Assembly: GCA_965261125.1 (NCBI GenBank)
Contig: CBDHCS010000005.1
Location: 4,902-68,901, forward strand
From: Candidatus Poribacteria bacterium
GTDB taxonomy: Bacteria; Poribacteria; WGA-4E; WGA-3G
Direction: 5' to 3'
Length of the DNA stretch: 64,000 nt
The number at the start of each line of letters is the position of its first letter. The stretch's first letter is position 1. Of the stretch, positions 20,355 to 29,483 are shown piece after piece. The notes beneath the pieces are model-generated. The model made no database searches. It was not told the origin of the DNA and saw only the letters and a list, made by a program, of their open reading frames with translations. A program made the position numbers and the translations under genes.

Positions 20355-21674
20355 AGAATCCAAATGTGTGTCTATCTGCTTAAGAACGTTTTCATAATCC
20401 GCTTCTAATTCCAGTGGGGTGTTAAAGTAGCGCGGTTTCGGTTGATCGGTAACGCTGTGATAAGCCACCTTGAAATCCGGGAATTTCAGTCCGTTAGCAG
20501 TAGAAATCACAATAACCCGATCATCTTTTTGGATCTGTTTGCGTTCAACCATTTTTATAAGTACAGCCAACGCAACCCCTGTATGTGGGCAATTGAATAA
20601 CCCTGTCCTATCTGCTCTGGCAGCGGCGTCAGCCAACTCCTCTTCAGATGCCTGATCTACGATACCATCAAACTGACGTAAGACACGGATAGCACGATGA
20701 ACAGAAACAGGATTACCAATCTGAATTGCAGTAGCTTGCGTGGATTGTGCAGTAATCGCGCTAAACTCTTTGAACCCCGTTTGAAAACTACGATAAAGCG
20801 GATTGGCGCGTTCAGCTTGCGCGCAGGCAATGCGCGGCAGCTTATCTATCATACCTAAATCACGCATCATCAAAAAACCTAAGCCAAGTGCAAACACGTT
20901 GCCAAGGTTACCGCCCGGTATAATAATCCAATCTGGCACCTCCCAATTAAACTGCTGCACAATTTCAATACTGATCGTTTTTTGTCCTTCAACGCGAAGT
21001 GAGTTGATAGAATTAGCAAGATAGAAATCCTTCCGCGCTGCAAGTTTTTGAACAATTGCCATGCATCCATCAAAATCTGTCTCAAGCGAAAGTGTTAATG
21101 CCCCATTCGCAATCGGTTGGATAAGTTGCTCGCGAGTCACTTTCTCTTTAGGTAACAGAATAATAGCAGGGATTCCCGCGGCTGAAGCATACGCAGCCAA
21201 AGAGGCGGAGGTGTCACCTGTTGAAGCACACATCACAGCACGGATATTGCCAGATTCAGAAATAATCTGATTTACCATTGAGACAAGCACCGTCATCCCA
21301 AGGTCTTTGAAGGAACCCGTATGACTGTTTCCACACTGTTTTATCCAAAGATCAGAGAGACCGAGTTGTTTACCGAAACGTTCTGCCCAAAACAAATTAG
21401 TACCACCCTCATACATAGAGATGATATTTTCATTATCAATATTCGGGCAAACAAGCTCCTTTTTACCCCAAACACCGCTTCCGTAAGGATATTCTGTCCG
21501 CATATAACGCTGTTCAAAAAGAGATTTCCAATCTGCCGCGCTACGTTGTTTCAACACGTCCAGGTCATGCCGAACCTCTAATAACCCATTACAATTTCTG
21601 CAGCGATAGATAATTTCAGTGAGTGGATAGGTGCATCCTTTTTCGCACTCAAACCATGCATTGTAATTCATCAT
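20352..21674 (-). CDS. thrC: Threonine synthase with an N-terminal zinc-ribbon
   Basis: 440 aa. PLP-lysine motif FKDLGMT. Cys4 ribbon CxxC...CxxC at the N-terminus. Confidence 0.9.
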   Translation of the reverse strand: MMNYNAWFECEKGCTYPLTEIIYRCRNCNGLLEVRHDLDVLKQRSAADWKSLFEQRYMRTEYPYGSGVWGKKELVCPNIDNENIISMYEGGTNLFWAERFGKQLGLSDLWIKQCGNSHTGSFKDLGMTVLVSMVNQIISESGNIRAVMCASTGDTSASLAAYASAAGIPAIILLPKEKVTREQLIQPIANGALTLSLETDFDGCMAIVQKLAARKDFYLANSINSLRVEGQKTISIEIVQQFNWEVPDWIIIPGGNLGNVFALGLGFLMMRDLGMIDKLPRIACAQAERANPLYRSFQTGFKEFSAITAQSTQATAIQIGNPVSVHRAIRVLRQFDGIVDQASEEELADAAARADRTGLFNCPHTGVALAVLIKMVERKQIQKDDRVIVISTANGLKFPDFKVAYHSVTDQPKPRYFNTPLELEADYENVLKQIDTHLDS

Positions 21675-22300
21675 TCTATATCTTCCTGAATAGCACCGAG
21701 ATGTTCCGGACTGTTTGATGTGGACAAGAGTTGTTCAATCTCTTCAAGAGATGGTAACTCAGACGGATTTTTTAACCCGAATTGCTGAAGAAAAGTATCG
21801 GTAGTAGAAAAAAGCAGTGAACGTCCTGCCCCCTCTTTTCTACCCGACACGCAAACAAGGTCTTTCTCTACAAGCGCATTGATAACACTATCACTGTTTA
21901 CACCGCGAATCGCTGATACATCACTGCGTGTAACAGGCTGTTTGTATGCAACAATCGCAAGCGTTTCTAAAGCAGAAGGGGACAACGTTACACGCACCTG
22001 CTGGATATAAAACTTTCGAATCCATTCCGAAAATTCTGGACGGGTACAAATTTGATAACCGTTCGCGATTTCAACCAGATGAAAACTGCGGTGCATCTGT
22101 TCATACTCATCACGAAGTTCGGAGAGCACTTTCCGAACTTCTCGAGCGTTTATCCCCGGCATTGCGTGCTGAAACTGTTTCACCGAAATCGGTTCGCTTG
22201 CAGCAAACAGAATCGCTTCTAATATCGATTTTATATTCTCTTCTGGTGCCACATCTGAATTGTTCACCAGCTGTTCAGGCGCAACATTTTCCAAATCCAT
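21671..22300 (-). CDS. scpB: Segregation and condensation protein B
   Basis: LEAILFAASEPISVKQ N-terminal winged-helix signature. 4-bp overlap with thrC. Confidence 0.85.
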   Translation of the reverse strand: MDLENVAPEQLVNNSDVAPEENIKSILEAILFAASEPISVKQFQHAMPGINAREVRKVLSELRDEYEQMHRSFHLVEIANGYQICTRPEFSEWIRKFYIQQVRVTLSPSALETLAIVAYKQPVTRSDVSAIRGVNSDSVINALVEKDLVCVSGRKEGAGRSLLFSTTDTFLQQFGLKNPSELPSLEEIEQLLSTSNSPEHLGAIQEDIE

Positions 22301-22394
22301 TTTCCGATAATTCCTATACTTTCTATAGACATTATAATGATTTAATTTGAATTATAGTAAAATCTAAAAATACGTGAGCACTTCGAATGACAAC

Positions 22395-22545
22395 CTACCT
22401 TTACACCCACTGCTGGCGAGGCGGGGAATCATGGCGAATACCATACGCGTATTCGCCAAATGGCATTCATACCCGGGGAATGACTAAATGTCATTCATAC
22501 CGTTGATTTCTTGATTTCTTCCTAACCTCGCCAATGTCCAGATAA
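22395..22545. repeat. Partial family-D element (core without TIRs)
   Basis: CTGGCGAGGCGGGGAATCATGGCGAATACC...CGTTGATTTCTTGATTTCTTCCTAACCTCGCC. Confidence 0.6.
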
Positions 22546-22587
22546 TTGTGGATTTTACTATAAGGTTTACCGATCGTCTTGGACCTC

Positions 22588-22755
22588 TTTAGTGGTTCAC
22601 TCGCTAAATATTTATTGTCCATAGAACTTACGGCATAGATCTAAAAGTCCCTTCCCCTTGCCATCGCATGCGCGTGTGGCATGCGAATTGGGGGGATAAA
22701 GGGGGGTGTATTTTCGGATTTCAAAACACAAATACTTACCGAATGAACCATTTAG
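22588..22755. repeat. MITE-like element, family B copy 2
   Basis: TIRs TTAGTGGTTCACTCG / CGAATGAACCATTTAG. Confidence 0.65.
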
Positions 22756-22826
22756 TCCCGTAGGGACGATATGTTTATAGAAAACGTTTGTCCACGGGAT
22801 CTTTAGTCCCGTAGGGACGATATGTT
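22751..22826 (+). promoter_or_regulatory. Paired-hairpin motif, locus 1: two identical 25-nt units TTTAGTCCCGTAGGGACGATATGTT separated by a 26-nt spacer that begins TATAGAAAAC
   Basis: Read directly. A second locus at 53729..53798 has the same architecture and spacer start but different, still self-complementary, hairpin arms. Confidence 0.5.
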
Positions 22827-22899
22827 ACTATAGCACAAAACCCAAAATCTGTGAAAACAACAAAAACAATTAGTTAACTGGTACAAGTCGTTATACTTT

Positions 22900-23685
22900 C
22901 TATGCAGTAGATGTCGTCCTCTCTCCATCAACCGCTTTGACAATATATATACTTTCAAATAAACCTGTTTGTACAGTTACAATCTTCCCTATTCGGATAA
23001 GTTCTAAAACAGCGAGAAATGTAACGATAAGATCAAGTTTGCTTGAAGATAATAGGAATAGACTTTCGAAAAGCAATTGGTCTGCACTCTCTAATTGGTT
23101 CTCAATAAAGGCTATTTTATCCTCAACAGTAATCGTTTCTTCTTCAACTGTCTCATACTCCTCATCCGGTTCAACCTGAGTAATTTGGTCATTGATATTC
23201 TTAAAGGCAGTGAGCAGGTCAAACAGTGTAGCTTTAATTTCATAAGTCCGTGTCCCATCTAAATCCGCATGTGACTTTGAACTTCTGTTGTATATTGAGG
23301 TGCGCCGTTCAGCATAAATATCCAAAACTTGAGCTGCTTCTTTATAACGTTTGTACTCTAAAAGTTGTTGGACAAGTTGTTCTTGATTGCCTATCGGATG
23401 CTCAGTATCTGAGACAACTTGCGGCAAAATGCTTTGTGATTTTATATACAGAAGGGTTGCCGCCATCACCAAAAAATCGGATACTATATCCAAATCTAAC
23501 CGCTCCATCAGATTAACATATTCCAGATACCGATCCGTAATTTCGGCAATCTGAATATCGTAAATATCCATCTCCTCCCTCTGAATCAGATGGAGGAGTA
23601 GGTCAAGTGGTCCCTCAAAACCGTCTAATTTGACAGCGTAAATAGGATGTTTGCTTGAATGGGTGGGTGAAATATCTGCTAACAT
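22900..23685 (-). CDS. scpA: Segregation and condensation protein A
   Basis: 261 aa. LDGFEGPLDLLLHLI kleisin N-terminal motif. Confidence 0.85.
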   Translation of the reverse strand: MLADISPTHSSKHPIYAVKLDGFEGPLDLLLHLIQREEMDIYDIQIAEITDRYLEYVNLMERLDLDIVSDFLVMAATLLYIKSQSILPQVVSDTEHPIGNQEQLVQQLLEYKRYKEAAQVLDIYAERRTSIYNRSSKSHADLDGTRTYEIKATLFDLLTAFKNINDQITQVEPDEEYETVEEETITVEDKIAFIENQLESADQLLFESLFLLSSSKLDLIVTFLAVLELIRIGKIVTVQTGLFESIYIVKAVDGERTTSTA

Positions 23686-23728
23686 TTGTTTTTATTTAAT
23701 TTATATCTATAGCATCATTCATACTTCT

Positions 23729-24415
23729 TTATCGGACTCCGACAATTTTTCCGATAAAATCGAGTGTTTCAGTACTTATGTAATGTAGAAATATGAATAT
23801 ATAATTTGGTATCCCTATTAAACTGGGTAAAAAAATAAGAGCAATAAGAATGGGCATTCCATAAGGGGCAAGTTTTGAAAATTGGCGTGATGCGCTTTCA
23901 GGTAACAAGCCATTCACCACACTAAAACCATCCAGCGGAAAGAGCGGGAGCATGTTAAATGCCGCGAGAAATACACTAATAAATGCAGAAAAAACCAATT
24001 CTCGCTTAATTCGTAAATGTACTATAGATTCAGTTACGTCTAAAAACCCAAAAACTAATAACAATTTAAGGATGCCCAAAATAATGAAAGTGAGGACAAT
24101 ATTCATAAAAGGACCAGCAGCTGCAATCAGCATTATATCTCTTCTCGGATGCCTGAGATTATATGGATTTACCGGCACAGGTTTTGCCCAACCAAAGAAT
24201 CCTCCACCGAAGATCGAACCAATCAAAGGTAAAAACAGGGTCCCAATGGGATCAATATGTACTGCTGGATTTAAGGTCATCCGTCCCTGGTCGCGCGCAG
24301 TTGAATCGCCCAACATATTGGCAGATTTCGCATGTCCCCATTCATGAAAGGTTAACAGAATGATGAACTGTGTTACGATTAGAATTGCTTGCCATATTGC
24401 GTTTGGATTAAACAT
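23729..24415 (-). CDS. Site-2-protease-type (M50) zinc metalloprotease, membrane-embedded
   Basis: HEWGHA HExxH motif inside a polytopic membrane protein. Confidence 0.75.
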   Translation of the reverse strand: MFNPNAIWQAILIVTQFIILLTFHEWGHAKSANMLGDSTARDQGRMTLNPAVHIDPIGTLFLPLIGSIFGGGFFGWAKPVPVNPYNLRHPRRDIMLIAAAGPFMNIVLTFIILGILKLLLVFGFLDVTESIVHLRIKRELVFSAFISVFLAAFNMLPLFPLDGFSVVNGLLPESASRQFSKLAPYGMPILIALIFLPSLIGIPNYIFIFLHYISTETLDFIGKIVGVR

Positions 24416-24443
24416 ATTTAGCTATACTTACGTGAATATTTTG

Positions 24444-24690
24444 TATCACACCCTGTTAGGTTGTGTCCGATGTATTTTGTGTCACAACCTATATGAAGAT
24501 TAATTTATTAATTCGGTAATTTTCTATCCGTACGAGGTAAGTGTACTCCCCCGCTGGCGAGGCGGGGAATCATGGCGAATACCATACGCGTATTCGCCAT
24601 GATTCATACCGTTGATTTCTTCCGAACCTCGCCAAATTACCGAAATATTTACTTAATCTTCATTTAGGTTGTGTCCGATGCTTTAAGGAA
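24444..24690. repeat. Family-D composite MITE, copy 3. The cca stop codon lies inside its right TIR
   Basis: Left TIR CTATATGAAGATTAATTTATTAATTCGGTAATT, right TIR AATTACCGAAATATTTACTTAATCTTCATTTAGGTTG. TTAGGTTGTGTCCGATG is directly repeated at both outer ends (24455 and 24664). Confidence 0.7.
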
Positions 24691-26115
24691 CTGAAAGTGT
24701 GAATATGCTTCCGATTTAGAGTTAATTTTCCCATCCAATTGTGCCGCAAACATATCCCAAAGTATTGTTGCAAAGGATTTTCCTGGCTTTTCACCCCACT
24801 GAATCAGATCATCGCCCGTAATAAAAGGCTGTACCTTCCGCAAAGTCCAAAGGTAATCTCCAATACTTTTACGTTGCGCATCCGAATATCCTAAAACAAG
24901 TGCTTCAAGCGAAAAAGGTTTTAGAGTTTGATAAATTTTGCTGGGTGCAGTTGTTTCCGTAAAAGAATCCACGACACCTAACAATTGGCGATATGCGGTT
25001 AGTGGTGTCTGTACTTTATATATGGTTTTATTTTCATATACGTAAGTTAATCTGTTTTCGGCATCAACAATGCCCCATTTTCCGTTATGATCCCAAATAG
25101 AAGCATTTTCAGATAGTTCCAAACCAAGTTTCTCAAAAACGAATCGGACTGTTTTTTTAGAAGGAATTTCTTGATTCAACACTTGCGTTGCGCTTGCTAT
25201 GCGGCGGAGTTGATGCTCCAATACAAGTCTGAAACAGAGAGCCTCAATCTGATATATCGGCATTCCATGCAAGTTGTTTATGCCGAATAACGACATCCAT
25301 CGCACAATATTTGGCTGAAAATCTTCTCCAGTAATATGCTCTGATGCCCATGAAATTGCTTGTTGTGCGGTTTGAAAATCAGACGAGAAAGTCCGAGAGA
25401 TTTTCCAGCCCGGAAAAATTGCCTGATATGCACCCAATTTCGCAAGTGCTTGAACAATTTGGGGCGCGTTGTTTTCAAGTAAGACTCTGTCAATTTCGTT
25501 CCGTATCCGTTCACCACTAAGCTGCGCTAAAAGTCCGATTGCCTCTTTAATGAGCAGTCCATCAGTCACCGCAATACCGAAGTCATAACGTCCCGCATAT
25601 CTGCAAGCACGAAAGATACGAGTTGGATCATCTGTGTAACTCTGGTCGTGGAGAACCCGAACGGTGCCGGTCTTAAGATCGGCAAGTCCACCCGTTTTAT
25701 CAATAACGTCCCCAAAATGAGTGGCATCTAGCCGCATTGCTAATGCGTTGATAGAAAAATCTCTCCGCCGTAAATCCTCTGTTATCGTGCCATTTTCTAC
25801 CTTAGGTAACGTTCCAGGCTTTTGATACGTTTCACGCCGTGCAGTGACAAAATCAACTTTCGGTTTAGTCGGATTTGCTGGTGTGACGGTTGCTGTGCCA
25901 AACTGTTCATGCACCTGCAAGGTACCATCCCAACGGTTTTGCATCTCTTTTGCAACGCTGATTGCATCTCCTTCCACCACAATATCAATATCAAAAGTGG
26001 GGCGTTTTAGTAGAAGGTCTCTGACCAATCCGCCAACAAGATAGACATGCTTTCCACCGACTTCACCGATTTCGTGTAATATGTCTAAAAGCAATTCAGG
26101 GATATCAGGTGTCAT
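24664..26115 (-). CDS. cca: CCA-adding enzyme / poly(A) polymerase family tRNA nucleotidyltransferase
   Basis: YLVGGLVRDLLL...DIDIVVEGD head-domain motifs. Confidence 0.8.
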   Translation of the reverse strand: MTPDIPELLLDILHEIGEVGGKHVYLVGGLVRDLLLKRPTFDIDIVVEGDAISVAKEMQNRWDGTLQVHEQFGTATVTPANPTKPKVDFVTARRETYQKPGTLPKVENGTITEDLRRRDFSINALAMRLDATHFGDVIDKTGGLADLKTGTVRVLHDQSYTDDPTRIFRACRYAGRYDFGIAVTDGLLIKEAIGLLAQLSGERIRNEIDRVLLENNAPQIVQALAKLGAYQAIFPGWKISRTFSSDFQTAQQAISWASEHITGEDFQPNIVRWMSLFGINNLHGMPIYQIEALCFRLVLEHQLRRIASATQVLNQEIPSKKTVRFVFEKLGLELSENASIWDHNGKWGIVDAENRLTYVYENKTIYKVQTPLTAYRQLLGVVDSFTETTAPSKIYQTLKPFSLEALVLGYSDAQRKSIGDYLWTLRKVQPFITGDDLIQWGEKPGKSFATILWDMFAAQLDGKINSKSEAYSHFQFLKASDTT

Positions 26116-26136
26116 TTTCTTTTGTAAGGGAGGTTC

Positions 26137-26550
26137 TTAGTGGTTCACTCGCTAAACATTTATTATATAACCTAAGTTGCCACCTTCTTTGTAGCATAAT
26201 CTGTTAGATTGTGCATCTTAAGTGGTTTACTCGCTAAACATTTGTTACATATAGAGTTTACGGCATAGATCCAAAAATCCCCTCCCCTCGCTTGCGGGGG
26301 GATAAAGGGGGGTGTATTTAGGACGTTCAAAACACAAAAACGGACCGAGTCAACCACTTAGCGCAAGCATCGCTAAAGGATAACGTCTTTATGTAGCATA
26401 ATCTGTTAGATTGTGCATCTTAAGTGGTTGACTCGCTAAACATTTATTATGGACAAAACTTACGGCATAGATCCAAAAATCCCCTCCCCTCGCTTGCGGG
26501 GGATAAAGGGGGGTGTATTTAGGACGTTCAAAACACAAAAACTTATTAGC
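26137..26550. repeat. Cluster of family-B MITEs (one solo TIR at 26137, full copies at 26218..26346 and 26421..26548) interleaved with the GTAGCATAATCTGTTAGATTGTGC motif
   Basis: Two full copies in tandem within 400 bp; near-identical internal sequence. Confidence 0.7.
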
Positions 26551-26586
26551 GGAACATCACTAAGGATAACGTCCGTTGCTGCAATC

Positions 26587-27267
26587 TTATACAAACGCGA
26601 AAACGCGGGTCGGTGCACCAGAGCTTCTTGCCAACTTTAAAGGCGCAATGACTACATAAAAATGTGTCGGCAGTTGACTCAAATTGCACAAATCTTCTAC
26701 ATGCGGGATACCTGCTCCCAGAAAAACGAGGTGCGCAGGTGGCAAACCGTCATACAACGGGGGATGCCCTGCCACAGCATCAATACTGCATGCATCTGTA
26801 CCGATAACCTTAATCCCTTTTTCAACAAGAAATTCAGCCGCATCTTCACTAAAACCGATCCATTCACGGTTAAAATTGTCTTGATAGACAAATCTATCCA
26901 TTCCTGTTCGCATAAAGACGATGCTGTCTTGCGGAATCTCTCCGTTTTCTGTTATCCATGCCGCAACATCTTCGGCAGTCACTGCATCATTCGGTTTCTT
27001 AATCGCAGAAAAATCCATTAACACCGCATGCCCCATCAATTTTTCCTTCGGAATTTCGGCAACAGTAAACCCGTCTGGATACATCAAGCAGGAAGCGTCA
27101 ATATGTGTGGAGCAGTGACCAGACATATCAACACGGCTCTCAAAGTAACCATCTTTTTCTAATGTTGCTTGATCGTAGATGTGAACGGGATCAATCGGCA
27201 ATTCTCGCGGACTATTTTCGTCAACGACGTAAGACAGATCCAGCACGTTTTGAAAGTCAAGATGCAT
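26587..27267 (-). CDS. Cyclase-family protein (kynurenine-formamidase-like metal hydrolase)
   Basis: 226 aa with HxxH...D/E-type cyclase-family motifs (SGHCSTHIDA). Confidence 0.65.
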   Translation of the reverse strand: MHLDFQNVLDLSYVVDENSPRELPIDPVHIYDQATLEKDGYFESRVDMSGHCSTHIDASCLMYPDGFTVAEIPKEKLMGHAVLMDFSAIKKPNDAVTAEDVAAWITENGEIPQDSIVFMRTGMDRFVYQDNFNREWIGFSEDAAEFLVEKGIKVIGTDACSIDAVAGHPPLYDGLPPAHLVFLGAGIPHVEDLCNLSQLPTHFYVVIAPLKLARSSGAPTRVFAFV

Positions 27268-27462
27268 TTTGTTCTCTCATTCTTTTTGTCTATTATAAAT
27301 ATAGTATAGCACATTTCGCATCACAATTCAAGCAGTAAAAAACTATGCGTTATCCTAAAACCTACCTTTCCCGCAAACCTATTGGATATCTATGGGATAT
27401 CTATTGTTCTCCGCATCGGTTTTCCGCCAAATGCTGTCCCATTATCAGATAAAATATAACGT

Positions 27463-28080
27463 ATGAAAAACAGAGAAAAACCTACACCCTCAGAACATGA
27501 GACGCGTACCGAAGACGATAACAAACGCACTATCAATCGACTCCTCAACTTATACGATACAATGCTGGAGGAATACACCGATGTCATGCAAGTACCGGAA
27601 GACGAGGAGAGTCCCACGTACGCAGACAAACTTAACCTGCTCAAGCAACTCACCGCTATTGCCGATCCACTCATGCGACGTTGGAATATCACGCATCAAG
27701 GATACGACAGCAGCGTCCGCAAAGCACAAACCAAGCAAGACGACAGTCCCACCGACACGCCACCAGCCAAACCCACTGAGCAAAACAAGACAAACGAACT
27801 TCTCCATGCCAGAGAAATCGAACCCGGTGTGATGGAAACATTTACCCTCTCCCCATCTGGAGAAGAACAGAATAACCAAATTGTCAAAGTCAAAGAGATT
27901 GAACCCGATCTGTATGAGGTGATAGACCCATCTGGGCAAAACGAACAAGTCCGTCTGCGCATCGTCCAAAGTTTCCATCCAGATATGTTAGATACAATAA
28001 AAAGAATGATGATCCCATTCCCAGAGGAAGAAGACGAATCCGAATCGACAGCTGTCACCCCAAACATCCCAGATACTTGA
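27463..28080 (+). CDS. Hypothetical acidic protein
   Basis: 205 aa ORF with no recognisable motif. Flanked by repeats. Confidence 0.35.
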   Translation: MKNREKPTPSEHETRTEDDNKRTINRLLNLYDTMLEEYTDVMQVPEDEESPTYADKLNLLKQLTAIADPLMRRWNITHQGYDSSVRKAQTKQDDSPTDTPPAKPTEQNKTNELLHAREIEPGVMETFTLSPSGEEQNNQIVKVKEIEPDLYEVIDPSGQNEQVRLRIVQSFHPDMLDTIKRMMIPFPEEEDESESTAVTPNIPDT

Positions 28081-28124
28081 CACCACAGTAATATAACCTA
28101 ATGGAGTGTCCATCTTTATATTAC

Positions 28125-28195
28125 AGGTCGCGATTCGGAGATCGCTCCTACAAAAATCTTGTCCAGGGTAGGAGGGAACTCCGATTCCCGACTAT
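28125..28195. repeat. Family-C palindromic element (GTCGCGATTCGGAGATCGCTCCTAC ... GTAGGAGGGAACTCCGATTCCCGAC)
   Basis: About 70-bp imperfect palindrome. Other copies at 33036..33085 and 60100..60180. Confidence 0.65.
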
Positions 28196-28288
28196 TGCTT
28201 ATACCTACAATTTTAGACTGGACTATCCACTAAGTTGCTTCTTATGTCCCACAATCTGTCCGGAGATTAAGAAAATATTTCGGTAGTA

Positions 28289-28452
28289 TAGGACTTACGC
28301 ATTCCCCTCGCTTGCTATTCTTAGCCCCTCGCTTGCGGGGGGTTGGGGGGGGATAAAGGGGGGTAAAGCCTTGAAAATGACAAAAATCAGGGTTAAAATC
28401 CGTGAAGGGACAAAATTCTAAACAGGGATACTTGATTTTGTGTCCGTCCTGA
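28289..28452. repeat. MITE-like element, family A copy 5
   Basis: TIRs TAGGACTTACGCA / TGTGTCCGTCCTG. Carries the same 21-bp internal duplication as copy 3. Confidence 0.75.
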
Positions 28453-28457
28453 CGGTA

Positions 28458-29225
28458 TCATTTTTTAAAGTAGTTTAATACGGTATCATGCAGAATCCCA
28501 TTCGTTGCCACCAGTGAAGCAGTATCTTTTGTGATGGCTTGCCCCTGGATATCTGTCACCGTCCCACCCGCTTCTCGTACAATAACTGTAATCGCAGCGA
28601 TGTCCCAGATACTAATCGCCGCTTCAATTACAGCGTCTACTCTACCAGAAGCGACAAGGTGATACATATAGAAATCGCCAAACCCTCGGGTACGGGCAGC
28701 ATTGTTGATAAGGTTATAAATACCGGGGAAAGTGCCTTTTTCCACAAACCACTTTAGTCCGCCATGGCAGATCATCGCCTCTGCAGGCTCTGAAACAGTG
28801 GAAACTTTTATCGGTTCACCGTTTAGGAATGCGCCTTTGCCTACTTCAGCGTACAGTACCTCATTTAATAGTGGTGCATTGGAAACGCCCAGGATAAGTG
28901 CGTCATCCTTCATCAGTGCAATCTGTGTACCAAAGATTGGAATTTTCCGAATGTAATTCTTAGTGGCATCAATCGGATCAATAATCCATAGATAAGGTGA
29001 TGTTCCCTCTTGTGTACCATATTCTTCGCCCAAGAATCCGTGGTCGGGAAATGCCTGCGTGATGGTTTCGCGTATCGCTTTTTCCGCTTCGGTATCAGCG
29101 CGAGTAACCGGGGTATCGTCATCCTTTAGTTCAACATTCAATGCATCGGTTGTGTAATAGGACGTGATAATTTCTTCAGCGTTTTTGGCTGCCTCAAGTG
29201 CCACATCTAAAAAAAGACTTGTCAT
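28458..29225 (-). CDS. suhB: Inositol-monophosphatase-family phosphatase
   Basis: WIIDPIDATKNY metal-binding motif. Confidence 0.8.
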   Translation of the reverse strand: MTSLFLDVALEAAKNAEEIITSYYTTDALNVELKDDDTPVTRADTEAEKAIRETITQAFPDHGFLGEEYGTQEGTSPYLWIIDPIDATKNYIRKIPIFGTQIALMKDDALILGVSNAPLLNEVLYAEVGKGAFLNGEPIKVSTVSEPAEAMICHGGLKWFVEKGTFPGIYNLINNAARTRGFGDFYMYHLVASGRVDAVIEAAISIWDIAAITVIVREAGGTVTDIQGQAITKDTASLVATNGILHDTVLNYFKK

Positions 29226-29483
29226 GGATTCTCCTATGCGACATACGGTTTATTTTAATAACGTGAGTTCGGAAATAAAGAAACGGGAGCTGAATGTCCG
29301 AAATAACTTGAATTTGGGGTATAGGTATGTGAGTGTTTTGCCTATTGGACCATCTAAAACCTTCAAATAGGGAAACAAACGACTGTCCCACGAACTGTTA
29401 GTTTGTGGAGCAACTACTGTGTCCGTTATATTTCCAAAACAGGTTTATGAAAGCGTCCCAATCATTTCAAGGTTCACCATAAA

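Noticed and set aside
22751-22826. Possible CRISPR array
   Set aside because: There are only two repeats, no cas genes in the window, and the spacer start is conserved between loci. It is reported instead as a paired-hairpin motif.
28101-28286. 61-aa ORF (and the similar 59996..60202 ORF) sharing the peptide RFGDRSY...GRRELRFPT
   Set aside because: The shared peptide is the translation of the family-C palindromic repeat. The similarity reflects the repeat, not a conserved protein.
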